From contig NC_043016.1 in the NCBI RefSeq assembly GCF_006345805.1, forward strand, positions 26,226,001-26,290,000: a DNA stretch of 64,000 nt. Reading direction: 5' to 3'. Below are positions 42,244-54,944 of this stretch, one piece after another (the stretch's first letter is position 1; each line of letters starts with the position of its first letter). The translations under genes and the position numbers were made by a program. The notes below the pieces were generated by a model. That model was not told the DNA's origin. It did not search any database and was given only the letters and a program-made list of their open reading frames with translations. This stretch comes from Octopus sinensis. Lineage: Eukaryota.

Positions 42244-42285
<42 letters not shown>

Positions 42286-43234
42286 TTATATAAAAGAATA
42301 TAGTATATTTATTTGGCATAAACATAAGTAACTGAAAATATCAATTCAAGAACATGAAAAATAACAATTTAAGAACCATATTGTAATGTTCCATGAAGGA
42401 TTGTGCAAAGGCACTAGACAATATTAAATGCTGTTACAGCTATTTTTCATTGTATGAAACTATTAGTAGCTCATAAAAATATATACTATGTTTATTAAAT
42501 AATGTGTGTGTGTACATATATGTATGTATGGATGGATGGATGGTTGGATGGGTGTATTTTTTTCTTTTATTTGTTTCAGTCATTCAGTGGTGGCCATGCT
42601 GAGGTACTACCTTGAAGAATTTTAGCCAAACAAATCAACCCCGATACTTATATCAAAGCTGGGTACTTATTCTATTGGTCTCTTTTACTCAACTGCTAGG
42701 TTACAGGGACACACACACACAAATACATATGATGGCTTCTTTCAGCTTCCGTCAACCAAATCCGCTCCTAAAGCCTTGGTTGGCTTGAGGTTGATATATG
42801 TACATGATGGACTCTCCCATCGAAGACAACAGATGAGCATTCATCTTTTACCAAACGATCAGCACAAATGATTTGTCTATAATGATCACATGTTCATATC
42901 ACACATTAGCTCACTCTCTCCATCAAATCGATGTTTTCTGAACAGGTGCACTGTGTGCCAAATGTCAGGTGTCAAAGTGACCACAGACAAATGTGGACCT
43001 TTTTATATGTATATATATATAAACATATTTTGTATTTTATGTCTTTAATATACTTTATATATTGATCTGTTTAACTTGCTTATCCTCACATTTACTTCTA
43101 TACTATACCTGCTCTCAAGTTTCAATCTCTTAAGCACTGTTATGTGTATTCTATATGGAGAATATTTGGATCTCATCTATGAAATATATATATATTCATA
43201 CACATATGCACACACACAGGCACACACACATATC

Positions 43235-43266
<32 letters not shown>

Positions 43267-43421
43267 TATATATATATGTATGTATGTATGTATTGGTAAA
43301 AACAGTAATATAACAAAAGAAAGAAAGAGACCTCAATATTATGTAAATAGAGGAATTTTATCTGTAAAATAATATGTGACAATTATTCGGTAGCCAAGAG
43401 AAAACACTGAGTTTCGGATGC

Positions 43422-43934
43422 CGAGGTGAACTGGCGTACCGCTTTAGAAGGATCCTAGACAAACTTAAGCTAAGAATTAAGGTTGTTGAAAAGCCAGGCA
43501 ACCCTATCAAATCTATAATTGGTAGAACCTATCCTTTTAGTAGAACCCCCTGTACGGATAAGTACTGTACTGTATGTAGATTTAGCCCACAAACAAACTG
43601 TAAAGCCAGAAATGTAGTCTATAGTATAAGATGTATAGAGGGACGATGCAGTAACAAGACAACGACATACGTAAGGGAAACGGCAAGAAGCATAGGAGAG
43701 CGGGTAAATGAACATTGGAGACAACTCAAGGAAGGTAAAAGCTCATCGGTTCTGTACCAACACGCTGAACAGGAACACAGGGGATCAATCAATAACATAG
43801 AAATTAAAATATTGTCCACACATAGAACAGATGCAACAATTAGACAAATTACAGAAGCTACACACATAATAGAAAATAAACCTAGCCTGAATAGAAAACT
43901 AGAATGGAGCACTAACACACACCACAATATATGA
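43422..43934 (+). mobile_element. Penelope-like element 3' fragment: Cys-rich linker plus GIY-YIG endonuclease (no ATG, so absent from the ORF track)
   Basis: Stop-free translation: RIKVVEKPGNPIKSIIGRTYPFSRTPCTDKYCTVC...CKARNVVYSIRCIEGRC...YVRETARSIGERVNEH...LYQHAEQEH...IKIL...RQITEATHIIENKPSLNRKLEW. Confidence 0.85.
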
Positions 43935-44377
43935 CGATAGAGGATCCCGAAAACATAATAAATACACAGATAAATAAACTAATAGAAATAAATAACTATC
44001 TATATATATATATATATTTTTTTTTTTTTCGATTTGATTTATTATTATTATTACTAGTATTGTTGTTATACATACATACATACATACATACACACATACA
44101 TACATACAAGCATATGTAATGATAATAATAAGTGGATGTAAACACATGAACAAAATAAGAATAAACAAAAACAACAAAAACAAAATACAAATTACATGAA
44201 CATATATAAACAGAAGATACAAATATTACAGGCATCCTCCCACACACACACATACACACTAACTAAACAGACACACATAGAGATATAAGCATGCGCAAAT
44301 GAAGACATACAATAGAAATACAAAATGGCTGACGGTTAGTAAGGAGAGACACAAATAAGAAAGAAGAAAACAAAGAA

Positions 44378-44417
44378 CCACTGATGCGGTCACAGGAGTG
44401 TGACGAAAGAACTCTGG
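44378..44417 (+). ncRNA. hammerhead-like motif in the Penelope-like 3' pLTR (A9->C)
   Basis: cca-CTGATGC-g-gtcac/gtgac-GAAAG-aa-CTC-tgg. Confidence 0.55.
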
Positions 44418-45163
44418 CCAAAATAAGATTAAGATCAATGTAATAAATAAATAACACTGAAGCAAAATAACACCAAATATATAGTGTGTGTGTTTTTATT
44501 GGCTAAACTGGCAATATGACCATTCCAAAATATAACAATATATATATATATATATATACATGTATATATATAAGTACCACCCTCCCCACAACTGACATCA
44601 TTCTTAAGGACCATAAGTGAGAAGCCAGATCTGACCAGTTTTAACATAAAACTAGTAAAATAATGAGATCTGACATGGCCTGTTTGAAAGCTAAAGGGTT
44701 TAATTTCTACATGTGGAAATTTAACCCTGACAGCCATTGTCATTAATATTTAGGGTAAGATAATTTGTCAGTGATGGCCATATTCATCTACAAGCTGACA
44801 GCAACCATGTACATATGTATGCATGTGTGCATGTATATACATGTATTTGTATGCATGCATGTATGTGTTTATGCAAGAATGTGTGTACGCATGTACTTAT
44901 GTATGTGTATAAATAATTGTATCATTTTCTTTAATAGAAATATTAAAATGACTAAGTCTCTCTAAAGGAGATTACGGCAGCGTTACTGGAAATTAATAGT
45001 TATCGCCATACTAATATGGCAGTCTTATAAATATAAGACTAAAGCTGTCGCTGATTAGCTCCAAGAGGCCACCGCCTCAAGCTAGCTATTTGACACACAA
45101 CCTGCATCCATTACAAACCTTCGAACAAGGGAGGTCAGCTGCTTCATCCTGCCAGTCAGACAG

Positions 45164-45204
45164 CTACAGACATGTTTCAGGGTTGTTGCCCCTTATCAAT
45201 GCAG
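45164..45204 (-). ncRNA. minimal hammerhead-like motif with U3-A8 core
   Basis: ctgca-TTGATAA-gggg-caacaa-ccct-GAAAC-AT-GTC-tgtag. Confidence 0.55.
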
Positions 45205-45757
45205 CGTAGTCAGACTTGCAGGTGTCGCTACTGATCATCCCAGTTCGAAATCTTTATTTACCTAGTTTCAGTGGAATACATCCACTTGTTTTCTTTGTTT
45301 TACATTTAATTAATTATGCATTTTAATAAAAGTCTATCAATATTAATATGCGTATTAAGGCAGTGAGCTGGCAGGATCATTAGCACACCAGGCAAAATGC
45401 TTTGCAGCATTTCTTCCATCTAATGATGTTCTGAGTTCAAATTCCACCAAAGTCGACTTTATCTTTCATCCTTTAGGGAATCTATAAAATAAGTACCAGC
45501 TGAGCCTGGGATCAATGTAATCAATTTAACTCCTCCTCAAAAATTGTCGGCCTTGTGCCAAAGTTTGAAATCAATATTAATATATAGGCATAGGAGTGGC
45601 TGTGTGGTACATAGCTTCCTTACCAACCACATGGTTCCGGGTTCAGTCCCACTGCATGGCACCTTCGGGAAGTATCTTCTACTATAGCCTTGGGCTGACC
45701 AAAGCCTTGTGAGTGGATTTGGTAGACAGAAACTGAAAGAAGCCCATCATATATATG

Positions 45758-45830
<73 letters not shown>

Positions 45831-46417
45831 GTATGTGCGTGTATATGTTTGTGTGTCTGTGTTTGTTCCCCCAACGTTGCTTGACAACCGATGCTGGTGT
45901 GTTTACATCCCTGTAACTTATTGTTTCGGCAAAAGACACCGAAAGAATAAGTACTAGACTTACAAAGAATAAGTCCTGGAGTCGATTTGCTCAACTAAAG
46001 GTGGTGCTCCAGCATGGCCGCAATCAAATGACTGAAACAAGTAAAAGAGTAAAGAAACAAAAAGTGAAGGAAAATTATTCTGTAGGTATCTTTTATCTTT
46101 TTACATGTTTTAGTCATTAGAAAGCAGCCCATGCTGGAGCACAGCCTTGAAGAAGTTTTAATTAAATGAATCAACCCTACTACATATTTTTTTTTAAAGC
46201 ACGGTATCAATTTCTTTGCCAAACCACTAAGTTACAGGAAGGTAAACACACCAACACCAGATGTCAAGCAGGGCTGGATACACACACACACAAATATGAC
46301 GTGTCTTCTACTATAACTTTGGGTTAACTAATGCCTTGTGAGTAGATTTGGTAGACAGAAACTGAAAAAACCCATTGTTTGTTTATTTGTCTGTCTGTCT
46401 GTTTGTTTGTTTGTGTG

Positions 46418-46471
<54 letters not shown>

Positions 46472-47686
46472 CATGCATGCATGCATGTATGTATGCATGT
46501 ATGAATGTATGTATGTATGTATGTACGAATGTATGTATGTATGTCATTATCATCATCATCATCAGCATAATCATCATCATTTAACATCCGCCTTCCATGC
46601 TGGCATGGGTTGGATGGTTTGGCAGGAGCTGGCCACTGTCTGTTTTGGCATGATTTTCATGGCTGGGTGCCCTTTCTAACACCAACCACTCCACAAGGTG
46701 GACTGAGTGCTTTTTATGTGACACCAATACAGGCGAGGTCAGTTTTGGCATGATTCTTTTACAGCTGGATGCCCTACCAAACGCCAACCATTTTACAGTG
46801 TGGACTGGATACATTTTACATGGCACCAGCACCAGCAGGGTCACCAATTAACTTGCAAGACAAGGAATTTTGAGAGGGGAGGGGGCATTGGAGAAAGAGA
46901 ACTTGTATTTGATGATGAAAGGTTAGAATATGACAGAGACACTTACAGGTGTCTTGCTGTAGAAGAGGTACATAGTTACCCAACCAGAGAGAGAGAGAGA
47001 GGGAAAGAGAGAGAGAGAGGGGGGGAGGTAACAAGAAAGAGGACAGAAACTGGTGTGCTGCTGTAAAGAAGATACTTGGTTACCTAGTCAGAGGGAAGAG
47101 CAAAAGAAGGAGAGAGAGAGAGTGATTGAGAATGAGAGCAGAAACAGATGTACTGTTGTAGAGGAGATACATGGATACCCAGCCTGAGGGAAGAGCAAGG
47201 GAAAGAGAGAGAGAGAGAGGGAGCGAGCGAGAGTAGGAGACAGCAAGAGTGCAAGAGAGAGCAGGAGAGAGATGGTGGTAACATGAAGTGCCAGCATATA
47301 CTCACAAGGAATGGGGATCAGAGCATAGGTGGGGTGGTAGAGTAAGAAAGAGAAGAAAAAATGGTGGCAATTGTCAGGGCATGTCCTCAAGGTATGGAGG
47401 TCATAATAAAAGCAGCCAGGTATGAGTAGGGAGTGGATGTGGGGACTGCAGTGACTGGTGGGAACCTAGGTATAAAGAGGGAGTGCGGAAAGCAACCATA
47501 CAGTGAGTAGGGCAGTGAGGGCAGGGATGAGGAGTGGGAGGTAATTATAGTGCATGAAGAGGAAATGTGAGGAAGAGAAAAGATATATATATATAGGGGG
47601 AGAATTCACAAAAAAACAAAAGATGAAGACAGGTGGTGTAGACAACAAACAGATGTATTATTATAACGCTCAGGAAGTGAAAAAGT

Positions 47687-47722
47687 CTTTAACGTTTCGA
47701 GCCTATGCTCTTCCACAGAAAG
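47687..47722 (-). ncRNA. minimal hammerhead-like variant (CUGUGGA core)
   Basis: cttt-CTGTGGA-a-gagc-atag-gctc-GAAAC-GTT-aaag. Confidence 0.45.
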
Positions 47723-47773
47723 GAACAAGGAGACAAAATAAATAATGTGTAGTGGCTAGCGATCTGTCATGAG

Positions 47774-47831
<58 letters not shown>

Positions 47832-48374
47832 GTGTGTGTGAGTATGTATATGTATGTATATGTATGTATGTAAAAAGCACTCAGTCCACTCTGCAGAGTG
47901 GTTGGTGTTGAGAAGGGTATCAACTGTAAAAATCGAGCCAAATCAAACACAGTAGCCTGGGGTAGTCTCCTACCTGGCCAGTTCTTGTCAAACCTATGCC
48001 TGCATGGAAAGCGGGCATTAAACGATGCTGATGATAATATCTATGTGTGTGTGTGTGTCTTTGTGTTTGTCCCCTAAGTGGTATTGGCTTGTTTATTATG
48101 TTCCTGTAACTTAGCGGTTCAGCAAAAGAGACCAATAAAATAAGTACCAGATTTGAAAAAAAAAATACAATACTGGAGTCGATTTGTTCAATTAAAATCT
48201 CCTCCAGGGGGCATCCCAATATGGCCACAGTCTAATGACTGAAACAAGTAAAAGAATAAATGAAAAGACAATCAACTAAAACTCTTGAAGGCGGATCAGA
48301 ACCCACAACCCATACCACATTGTGGTATGGGTTGGGTAAAGGATAAGATATAAAATAAAAGTTCATATGATTAC

Positions 48375-48539
48375 CTTGCCATCATCACAAAATTTTGAAA
48401 CAATACCCATTTTAATTCCTCCATGGTTATCATCTTTATCCTTCGTCTTCAGCTTTTCTGGAAGTGAAGAATATTTCCCGGGACTCATTGATTCACACTC
48501 AGAAAGTAGGAGCAGGGACAGGAAAGTCAAGAAAAGCAT
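48375..48539 (-). CDS. first coding exon of an unidentified gene with a signal-peptide-like N-terminus (MLFLTFLSLLLLSECES-MSPGKYSSLPEKLKTKDKDDNHGGIKMGIVSKFCDDGK)
   Basis: Exon 48375-48557: acceptor ttttatttcag, donor AAG|gtaatc, fully open, hydrophobic h-region after the ATG. Confidence 0.6.
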
Positions 48540-48724
48540 CTTTCTGTATTGAGGACCCTGAAATAAAATTTCCAAAGAATCTGAGTAATTTTATCTGACA
48601 CATCTGATTTGTTTTACTCGTGATTTTAACATACAAGCATGGTACATACAAGTTTTTTTTTTTTAGTTGTTACAATTGTTGTTGTGGCTGCTGTTGCTGT
48701 CTTCTTCTTCAAATCAAGACTCAC

Positions 48725-48769
48725 GCCATTATCCACTAAGAATAATCTCTAATTCGAGCCTATTCTAAG
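48725..48769 (-). other. possible 45-nt 5' UTR exon
   Basis: Acceptor attctttgtag, donor GGC|gtgagt; contains an in-frame stop upstream of the ATG. Confidence 0.3.
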
Positions 48770-50089
48770 CTACAAAGAATGCGTGTGGCAACTTGAAGAT
48801 CCACCCACCACACGCGATAGACTTGCGGTTGCACAGGCATGAAAGCTATGTTGTTATCCTCAATCCATAAATGGTGGCTTTTAATGGGTGGAGAGCTCAA
48901 CCATCTTGGGGTACAGAGGATTCGCAATCGAGAGTAGGGTCTGAAAGTTTACCACACCATGGTTCCTCTGCTTTGTGGCAGAAGTAGGAAGAAAGAGTGA
49001 GAGAAAGTTGTAGTGAAAGAGTACAGTGGGGTTCACCACTACCACTGCTGGAACCTTGTGGAGTTTAGGTGTTTTTTCTCAATAAACACTCACAATGCCC
49101 AGTCTGGGAATCGAAACCACATTCTTACGACTGTGAGTCTGCTGCCCTAACCACTGGGCCATTGTGCCTCCACTGCTGTTGTTGTTGTTGTTGCAGTTGT
49201 TACTACTGATATTTAGCCTCAATCCAAGTCAGAGCCAAATAAGAAAATTTAATATCAGTGATGTTTTAGATATAACTCCACCTTTTGAAGTTTTTTTTTT
49301 TTTTTTTTTGCCCAGACAAATTTCATTTTTTTTTTTTTTAATATAGTGTTTTGAGTCTGGAAAGATTTGACTACTATTTTAGCTTGTCAGTCAACTCTTT
49401 TAGATGTTCTAGAGTGGGTCAAGAGGATTTCTAAACTCAGATAAGCTGGAGAAAGTTAAGAGAGTTATTACCACTGTTGGTAGCAAAAGGATTTTCTATC
49501 AGAGTGAAATGCAGACAGGCTGTATGGTTATGTATGAACTGCAAAGATTCATGGTAGTGAGACATGGGCTCTAAATGCTGAGGACTTGCAAAAACTATAA
49601 AGAAATAAACTAGCATGTTCTGCAGGGTGAATGATGTCAGTGTGCATGTATGACAAAGTGCAAATGTGTTTAGAGAAAAATTGGGCACAAGAAACATTGG
49701 ATATAGTGTGAAAAGGAGAAGGTTATGTTGATATGGGCATGTGATGCATATGGACAATGGTAGCTGCATAAAGAATCTCTAATTCCTTAATGTGGATGGA
49801 ACTTATGGAAGAAGGAAATCCAAAAAGAAATAAGACAAAGTAGTGAAGAAAAATCTCAGGAAGTTGAACCTCATTGAAGAGATGATAAAGGACCAGGATG
49901 GTTGATAAAGCGCAGTATTTAAGATGTACCCATTATGGCAAACCTGAGATTTTTAAAGCATTGTGTATGCATTGAACCCAGCCGGACAGGATTGGTAGGT
50001 GAATGCACTTTGGTCTTCATATTACAAGTTATTTCAGCACTTGTGTATATATATATATTTTTTCTTTTGTTGTTGTTGTTGTCTCCTTT

Positions 50090-51060
50090 CACAAAATGGT
50101 GGTGAAAATAAGGATTGGTAGTGATGCTATGAGACCTTTATGTGTCGAGGGAGAAGTTATCGTTTGGATCTGTAAGATCAAGGTGCCAGCCAGATTGCAA
50201 AGCATTGAAGATGTAGCAGGTCTCATGGTTCTGTATCTGGAGGGAAACGCATTGGCACTGTACCTCAAAATAGATGAAACAAACCAGCTGGACACAGAGA
50301 AAATTGAGCAGTGCCTAAAGGAAGCCTTTATGGAAGGATCATACAAAGGCTAAGATCAGACTGGTACTGGACTTTCAAGAGGTGAATGATCATGTATCAT
50401 GTCACATGGTTAGCGAGGTGACTGATGTCTGTGGAGAGATCTGAGAATGGAGATGGATAACCTGGGCTGCAACAATTCTCAACTTGAAGTCAGCATATCT
50501 GCAGCTCTATAAGAGCAAGAAATTGTGGAAGCATCAGCTGGTGAGATATAAGTGCCAGACATACAGTTTGACTAGGCTGAGTTTCAGGCTGGATTCTGCA
50601 CCAAAGATCATGGAAACAGTGCTCAAATCTATCCTGGGAAAGATGGACAAGTTAAAAAAGGCCACCAATTCCTATATAGAAGACATCCTGGTAGACGAGA
50701 TTGTAGTATCTGTTGTAGAGGTCATGTAGAAGTTCGGTCTGACTGCAAAATCACCGGAGACAATGGTTGGAGGAGCTGCATTGGGGTCAAGCTTCAAAGA
50801 GACAAAACAGGCATGTTGGTGTTTCAGAGAAGAAATGAGATTCCATCAACAGACAAGAACTATCCTCGATGTGTGGGAGAGTAGTGGGTCACTATCAAAT
50901 AGTGAGGTGGCTTTGAACAGCATGCAGCTATGTCAAGATGAGAATATGGAGCAAGCTGCAGAGACAAAGTAGGAGAGAGGATGGTAATGATGATGCAGGA
51001 GATCCTAGAGAAGGCAAGAGCAGAAAATTCAGTAAGCGGAAGCTGGTATAAGCCCAAACT
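50090..51060 (+). mobile_element. degenerate Ty3/gypsy-like LTR retrotransposon (gag and RT remnants)
   Basis: LYLEGNALALY (gag-like); LKSAYLQL...YSLTRLSFRLDSAPKIM...SYIEDILV (YIDD-like RT). Confidence 0.7.
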
Positions 51061-51283
51061 GGAGAATGGGACCATATGGGGCTAAGCCCTTGTAGATGCA
51101 AAACCAAAGGTCACTCTATGACTGGACATAGATTTAACTACATATAAATACATTACTGCTCTATGCTTTAGAGTATGCTTCTTTTTTGGGGATATATGAT
51201 ACTCTGAGATGATTATATATATATATATATATTATATATATATATATACATATATATCACACATGCACACATAAATATATATA

Positions 51284-51811
51284 CAGTAATACCTCACTTT
51301 ATGAGACTGAGGACCTGCTTTACAAGACCCTGGGTTTATGAGTTTTATTTTTCAAGCACAAGATCCAAATTTTGAACTTTGTGCAAAAGTTTCTACTACC
51401 ATAACAAATGCTTCTGCGTGTTTTTAGAGAGTGAAATTTATAGAGAGTGAAAAAAAAAGCTTCTAACCAAATAACTCAATCTTGTTTTATAAAAAGAAAT
51501 CTACAAATTTGTCTTAAAGTGCTTGTGAATCACTGAACATGTCTACAAGTAATGGTGTATGTGAGTCTAGTGCAAGTGAAAGGGATTCGGAAAACGATTA
51601 TAATGATATTTTTTTAATTATAAATGATCTTGGTATTCTTTTTATTTCACATAAAATATTCTTTACATTCTACTGTTGTTTTATTTCCATTTATTTATGA
51701 GTATTATAAATTTTATTGGTAAAATATTTTTCTGGGAATGAATTGCGATTTATAACATTGCTACTTAGTGGTATCTGGGAACAAATTAACTAGTATATAA
51801 AGGCATTATTG
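51284..51811. mobile_element. pogo/Tigger-like non-autonomous element
   Basis: TA|CAGTAATACC ... GGCATTATTG|TA imperfect TIRs. Confidence 0.55.
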
Positions 51812-52954
51812 TATATATAGAGAGAGATAGAGGGGCGGTGCACAAATTAGTAACTGGAGCAAAATGAGTAACTACTGGTCTCTCATTATTTTCTCATTAC
51901 CTGTTTGGAATCGTTACACTGCAAGTATTGTATCATTATTTTAGGAGTGGAAGTTGGTCAGCATTGTTGTCATTGAAGTTGAGAGTGTCCAAAACATAGT
52001 CAGGTGGTAAGTTCCTCTTTTTTCAAGAAAATTTCCCACAACTTTAACCCAATTGTAATTGAGATCGATAATAACATATATGGATAATTTTTGCTGTTTA
52101 ACAATCAATATTCTTTTCTCTGCTGGATTCCAAGTCAAATTTTTTCCCCAATTCTAATGTCTAATTTGATAATTTTCAAGTTTCAAAAACTGATGTCTAA
52201 AAGGGGATAAAATGAATAATGCCTAATTCTAATAATTTCGTCTGTTTAACTGTATTGTGAGTAAATATATCACAAAGAGGACACTCTCAGCAGATTGTGA
52301 TGAAGCTATAGATAATATAGAGTTATTTTTTAATTAGCTATATTAATTTCATATCAAATTGCATTTTTCCCTGATCCTCTTCCATTTGACTTAGATATTT
52401 ATATTTTTCTTTCTTTTTTTTTTTTCTTTTTTTTTGCATCTTTGATCTTTCTGATGTCAAGGGATGGATATTGATGGATATTGATGTGTATGAATCGGTT
52501 TTCTGGAGAACTGACGCAACAAATTTACTTTATCTTATCTTACTCATTTTGCCCCAGCCAAATTTGTCTTTTATATGCCCAAAGAGAACGTTGACAGTTT
52601 TCTGAAATCCGTAGTGATTAGATTATGTTTTTAATTATGCTTTTAATGCATTTAAGGAAGGAAGTTTGCTTAGCTGATTTATTTTTTGCCAGGTAGTGAA
52701 TATTTGTAAAAGAATATATTTTGCCTCAAAGTCAAAAAAGCAATGAAAACACCACGTTTTGACACACCCCATACACACACACATATGCGGGAAAATACAC
52801 ACGTAAACATATCTTACTACACTTATACATGAAAATTACATGTTCTATGATGAAATGTTCTTCGTTGTCATTTCCATATTAATAAATAGTTTAGATGGCA
52901 AACTGTACATTCAAAAACTTGTAGAAATAGAAAGAAAAAAACCTCCCTACCTAC

Positions 52955-53150
52955 CTTAAAACACGACAGATGTAGATTAACGGCGTAAAGAGCGTCCGGA
53001 TATAAAAACAATGCCTGGACAATAATGTATTGATCTAATATTTACGCTGGCATGGATGGTGTTCGCGTTGCTGGTGGTGGTGGTGTTTGTTGGGGGTTGA
53101 ACCGGACGTTAAAAAAAAAAAAAACGCCCAAACATACGAAAACTCTTACA
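52955..53150 (-). promoter_or_regulatory. probable first (non-coding) exon / promoter-proximal region of the minus-strand gene
   Basis: Donor AAG|gtaggt at 52955/52954; locally CpG-enriched, non-repetitive sequence. Confidence 0.35.
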
Positions 53151-53558
53151 CATTCACACACACATGCATACACACACACATGCATACACACACACAGCGT
53201 GTGCAAGAATTTCCGTGATTACGAAGCCTTTTAACTTTTTTTTTTTTTTTGTAGGTTACATATTGATCCTGTCACCGCCGTTATCAAGTAGAAAACGTTC
53301 GTAAGAAAACAACAATAACAGAAAAAACAGCAACAACAACAATTATAAAAAAAAACAAACTGACCAATATTACCTGCGACAATATTACTAAACAAATGAT
53401 AACAATGACAGCTGTTGCTTATACGACAGCTGAAAGGAAAACGCTGTTGACAAGATCAACAGCATTGAAAGAATGTCTAATTGGTCACTCAGGCTGCAAG
53501 AAATGGCAGTCAAATCCTGTCTTTCAAACTACACCCTACTTTCTTGAGTAAAGAAAAA

Positions 53559-54587
53559 AGGAAAGACTTCCGCCCGTCCCCCCCCCCATTTCCTCCCAAA
53601 TCTGTTTATTTTTGTAATTTTTTTTTTTTTTTGCCCAAAATCCTCGTTTTCGTATATGGAGGTTCCAGAAAATTGCCAAAAATTGGCACTGTGATATTCC
53701 CGCCCCCTCCCCCCAACTTAAATTTTGACTTTTTCCCCAACACTGACCCTAAAACACTAACCCTAAAACACTAACCCTAAAACCTTAACCCTAAAACCCT
53801 AACCCTAAAACCTTAACTCTAACCCTAACCCTAAAACCCTAACCGTAAGTACAGAAATGGGATCTTTTCGGTTTGAACGGCAGTTTTTTCTAGCGGTGTC
53901 ATATGAAATTGTCACCCATAATTATGACCCTAGTATCGATCTATTGCATTTCAATCTATTTTAGGGTTAGGGTTAGGGGTGGGGGGAAGGGTATCTTTTT
54001 TCTTCACAAATGTAAATAAACCCAATCTGTTTCTTAAACGAGGGACATATTCATACGGCACAGAATGCTTTTTAACTCAATAGACGTTACTGATTGGTTG
54101 AAATTGCAGAAATTGAAGAAAAAAACAACAAATATCTTACAAATTATAGAATTTTCTCAATAAAGCCAAGAGGAAAAGATGTTTTATAAACACATTCTAC
54201 CAGTATACAAGTTTAAAAATTCTTAGTTACCTAGAAATTATGTTAAAAACTGCCGTTCAAACCGAAAAGATCCCAGAAATGTTTTGAAATTTTTGTCCTA
54301 ATCATGATGTCCGTATTTTTCAGCATTTTTAGAAAAAAAAAATTGTTAAAAAAAAATTTTACACGGATTTTCGGAAATTGTTTTCAGAATCATAATCTCC
54401 GTATTTTCCCGCATATTTTGAAAAAAAAGTTGTGAAAAAAAGTTTCAAATGAAGGAAATAAGGGTGGGGGTGGTAATTTAGAAATATCGATTTTTGCCAA
54501 TTTTGGGGGGGAGAGGGGGGCGGGGCGAAGACAAATTTTTTTTCTAAAGGGTGGTTTTTTTGCGGGGGACGGGCGGAAGTCTTGCCT
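53559..54587. mobile_element. outer MITE with 23-bp TIRs containing a CCCTAA-like array
   Basis: AGGAAAGACTTCCGCCCGTCCCC (53559) versus reverse complement AGGCAAGACTTCCGCCCGTCCCC (ends 54587); degenerate (CCCTAA/CCCTAAAA)n at ~53745-53845. Confidence 0.7.
53859..54274. mobile_element. nested MITE with 29-bp perfect TIRs and apparent 6-bp TSD AGAAAT
   Basis: GGGATCTTTTCGGTTTGAACGGCAGTTTT and its reverse complement; agaaat at 53853-53858 and 54275-54280. Confidence 0.85.
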
Positions 54588-54902
54588 AGAAGGATATTAT
54601 AATTTTGTTTACACATTGTTGATTTTTAAAGATTTTATTTATCTTTTATTTTGTTAGTCTTGTTTACAGGCAAAACCCTTACAACGACACGCTCACACAC
54701 ATATACACACACACTCTTTTAATACAGTTCTATATGTAAGAGATGAGGAATTATGTGCATTATTTACATTTGACGGATATTTGTCCTCATCTTGTTTGCT
54801 GTTAACACAATGTTTTGACTGATATACCCTCCAGCCTTTATCAGGTGTCTTGGGGAAATTTCGAACCTGGGTTCTCATTACTAAGGTATTTTTCGATGTT
54901 GT

Positions 54903-54941
<39 letters not shown>

Positions 54942-54944
54942 TAA

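Noticed and set aside
43109-43176. 68-nt exon candidate (MRSKYSPYRIHITVLKRLKLES) with good splice sites
   Set aside because: Its phase 0->2 breaks the otherwise consistent chain; it cannot be supported without transcripts.
53745-53980. Telomere or chromosome-fusion site
   Set aside because: The repeats are short, degenerate and enclosed within TIR-bounded elements.
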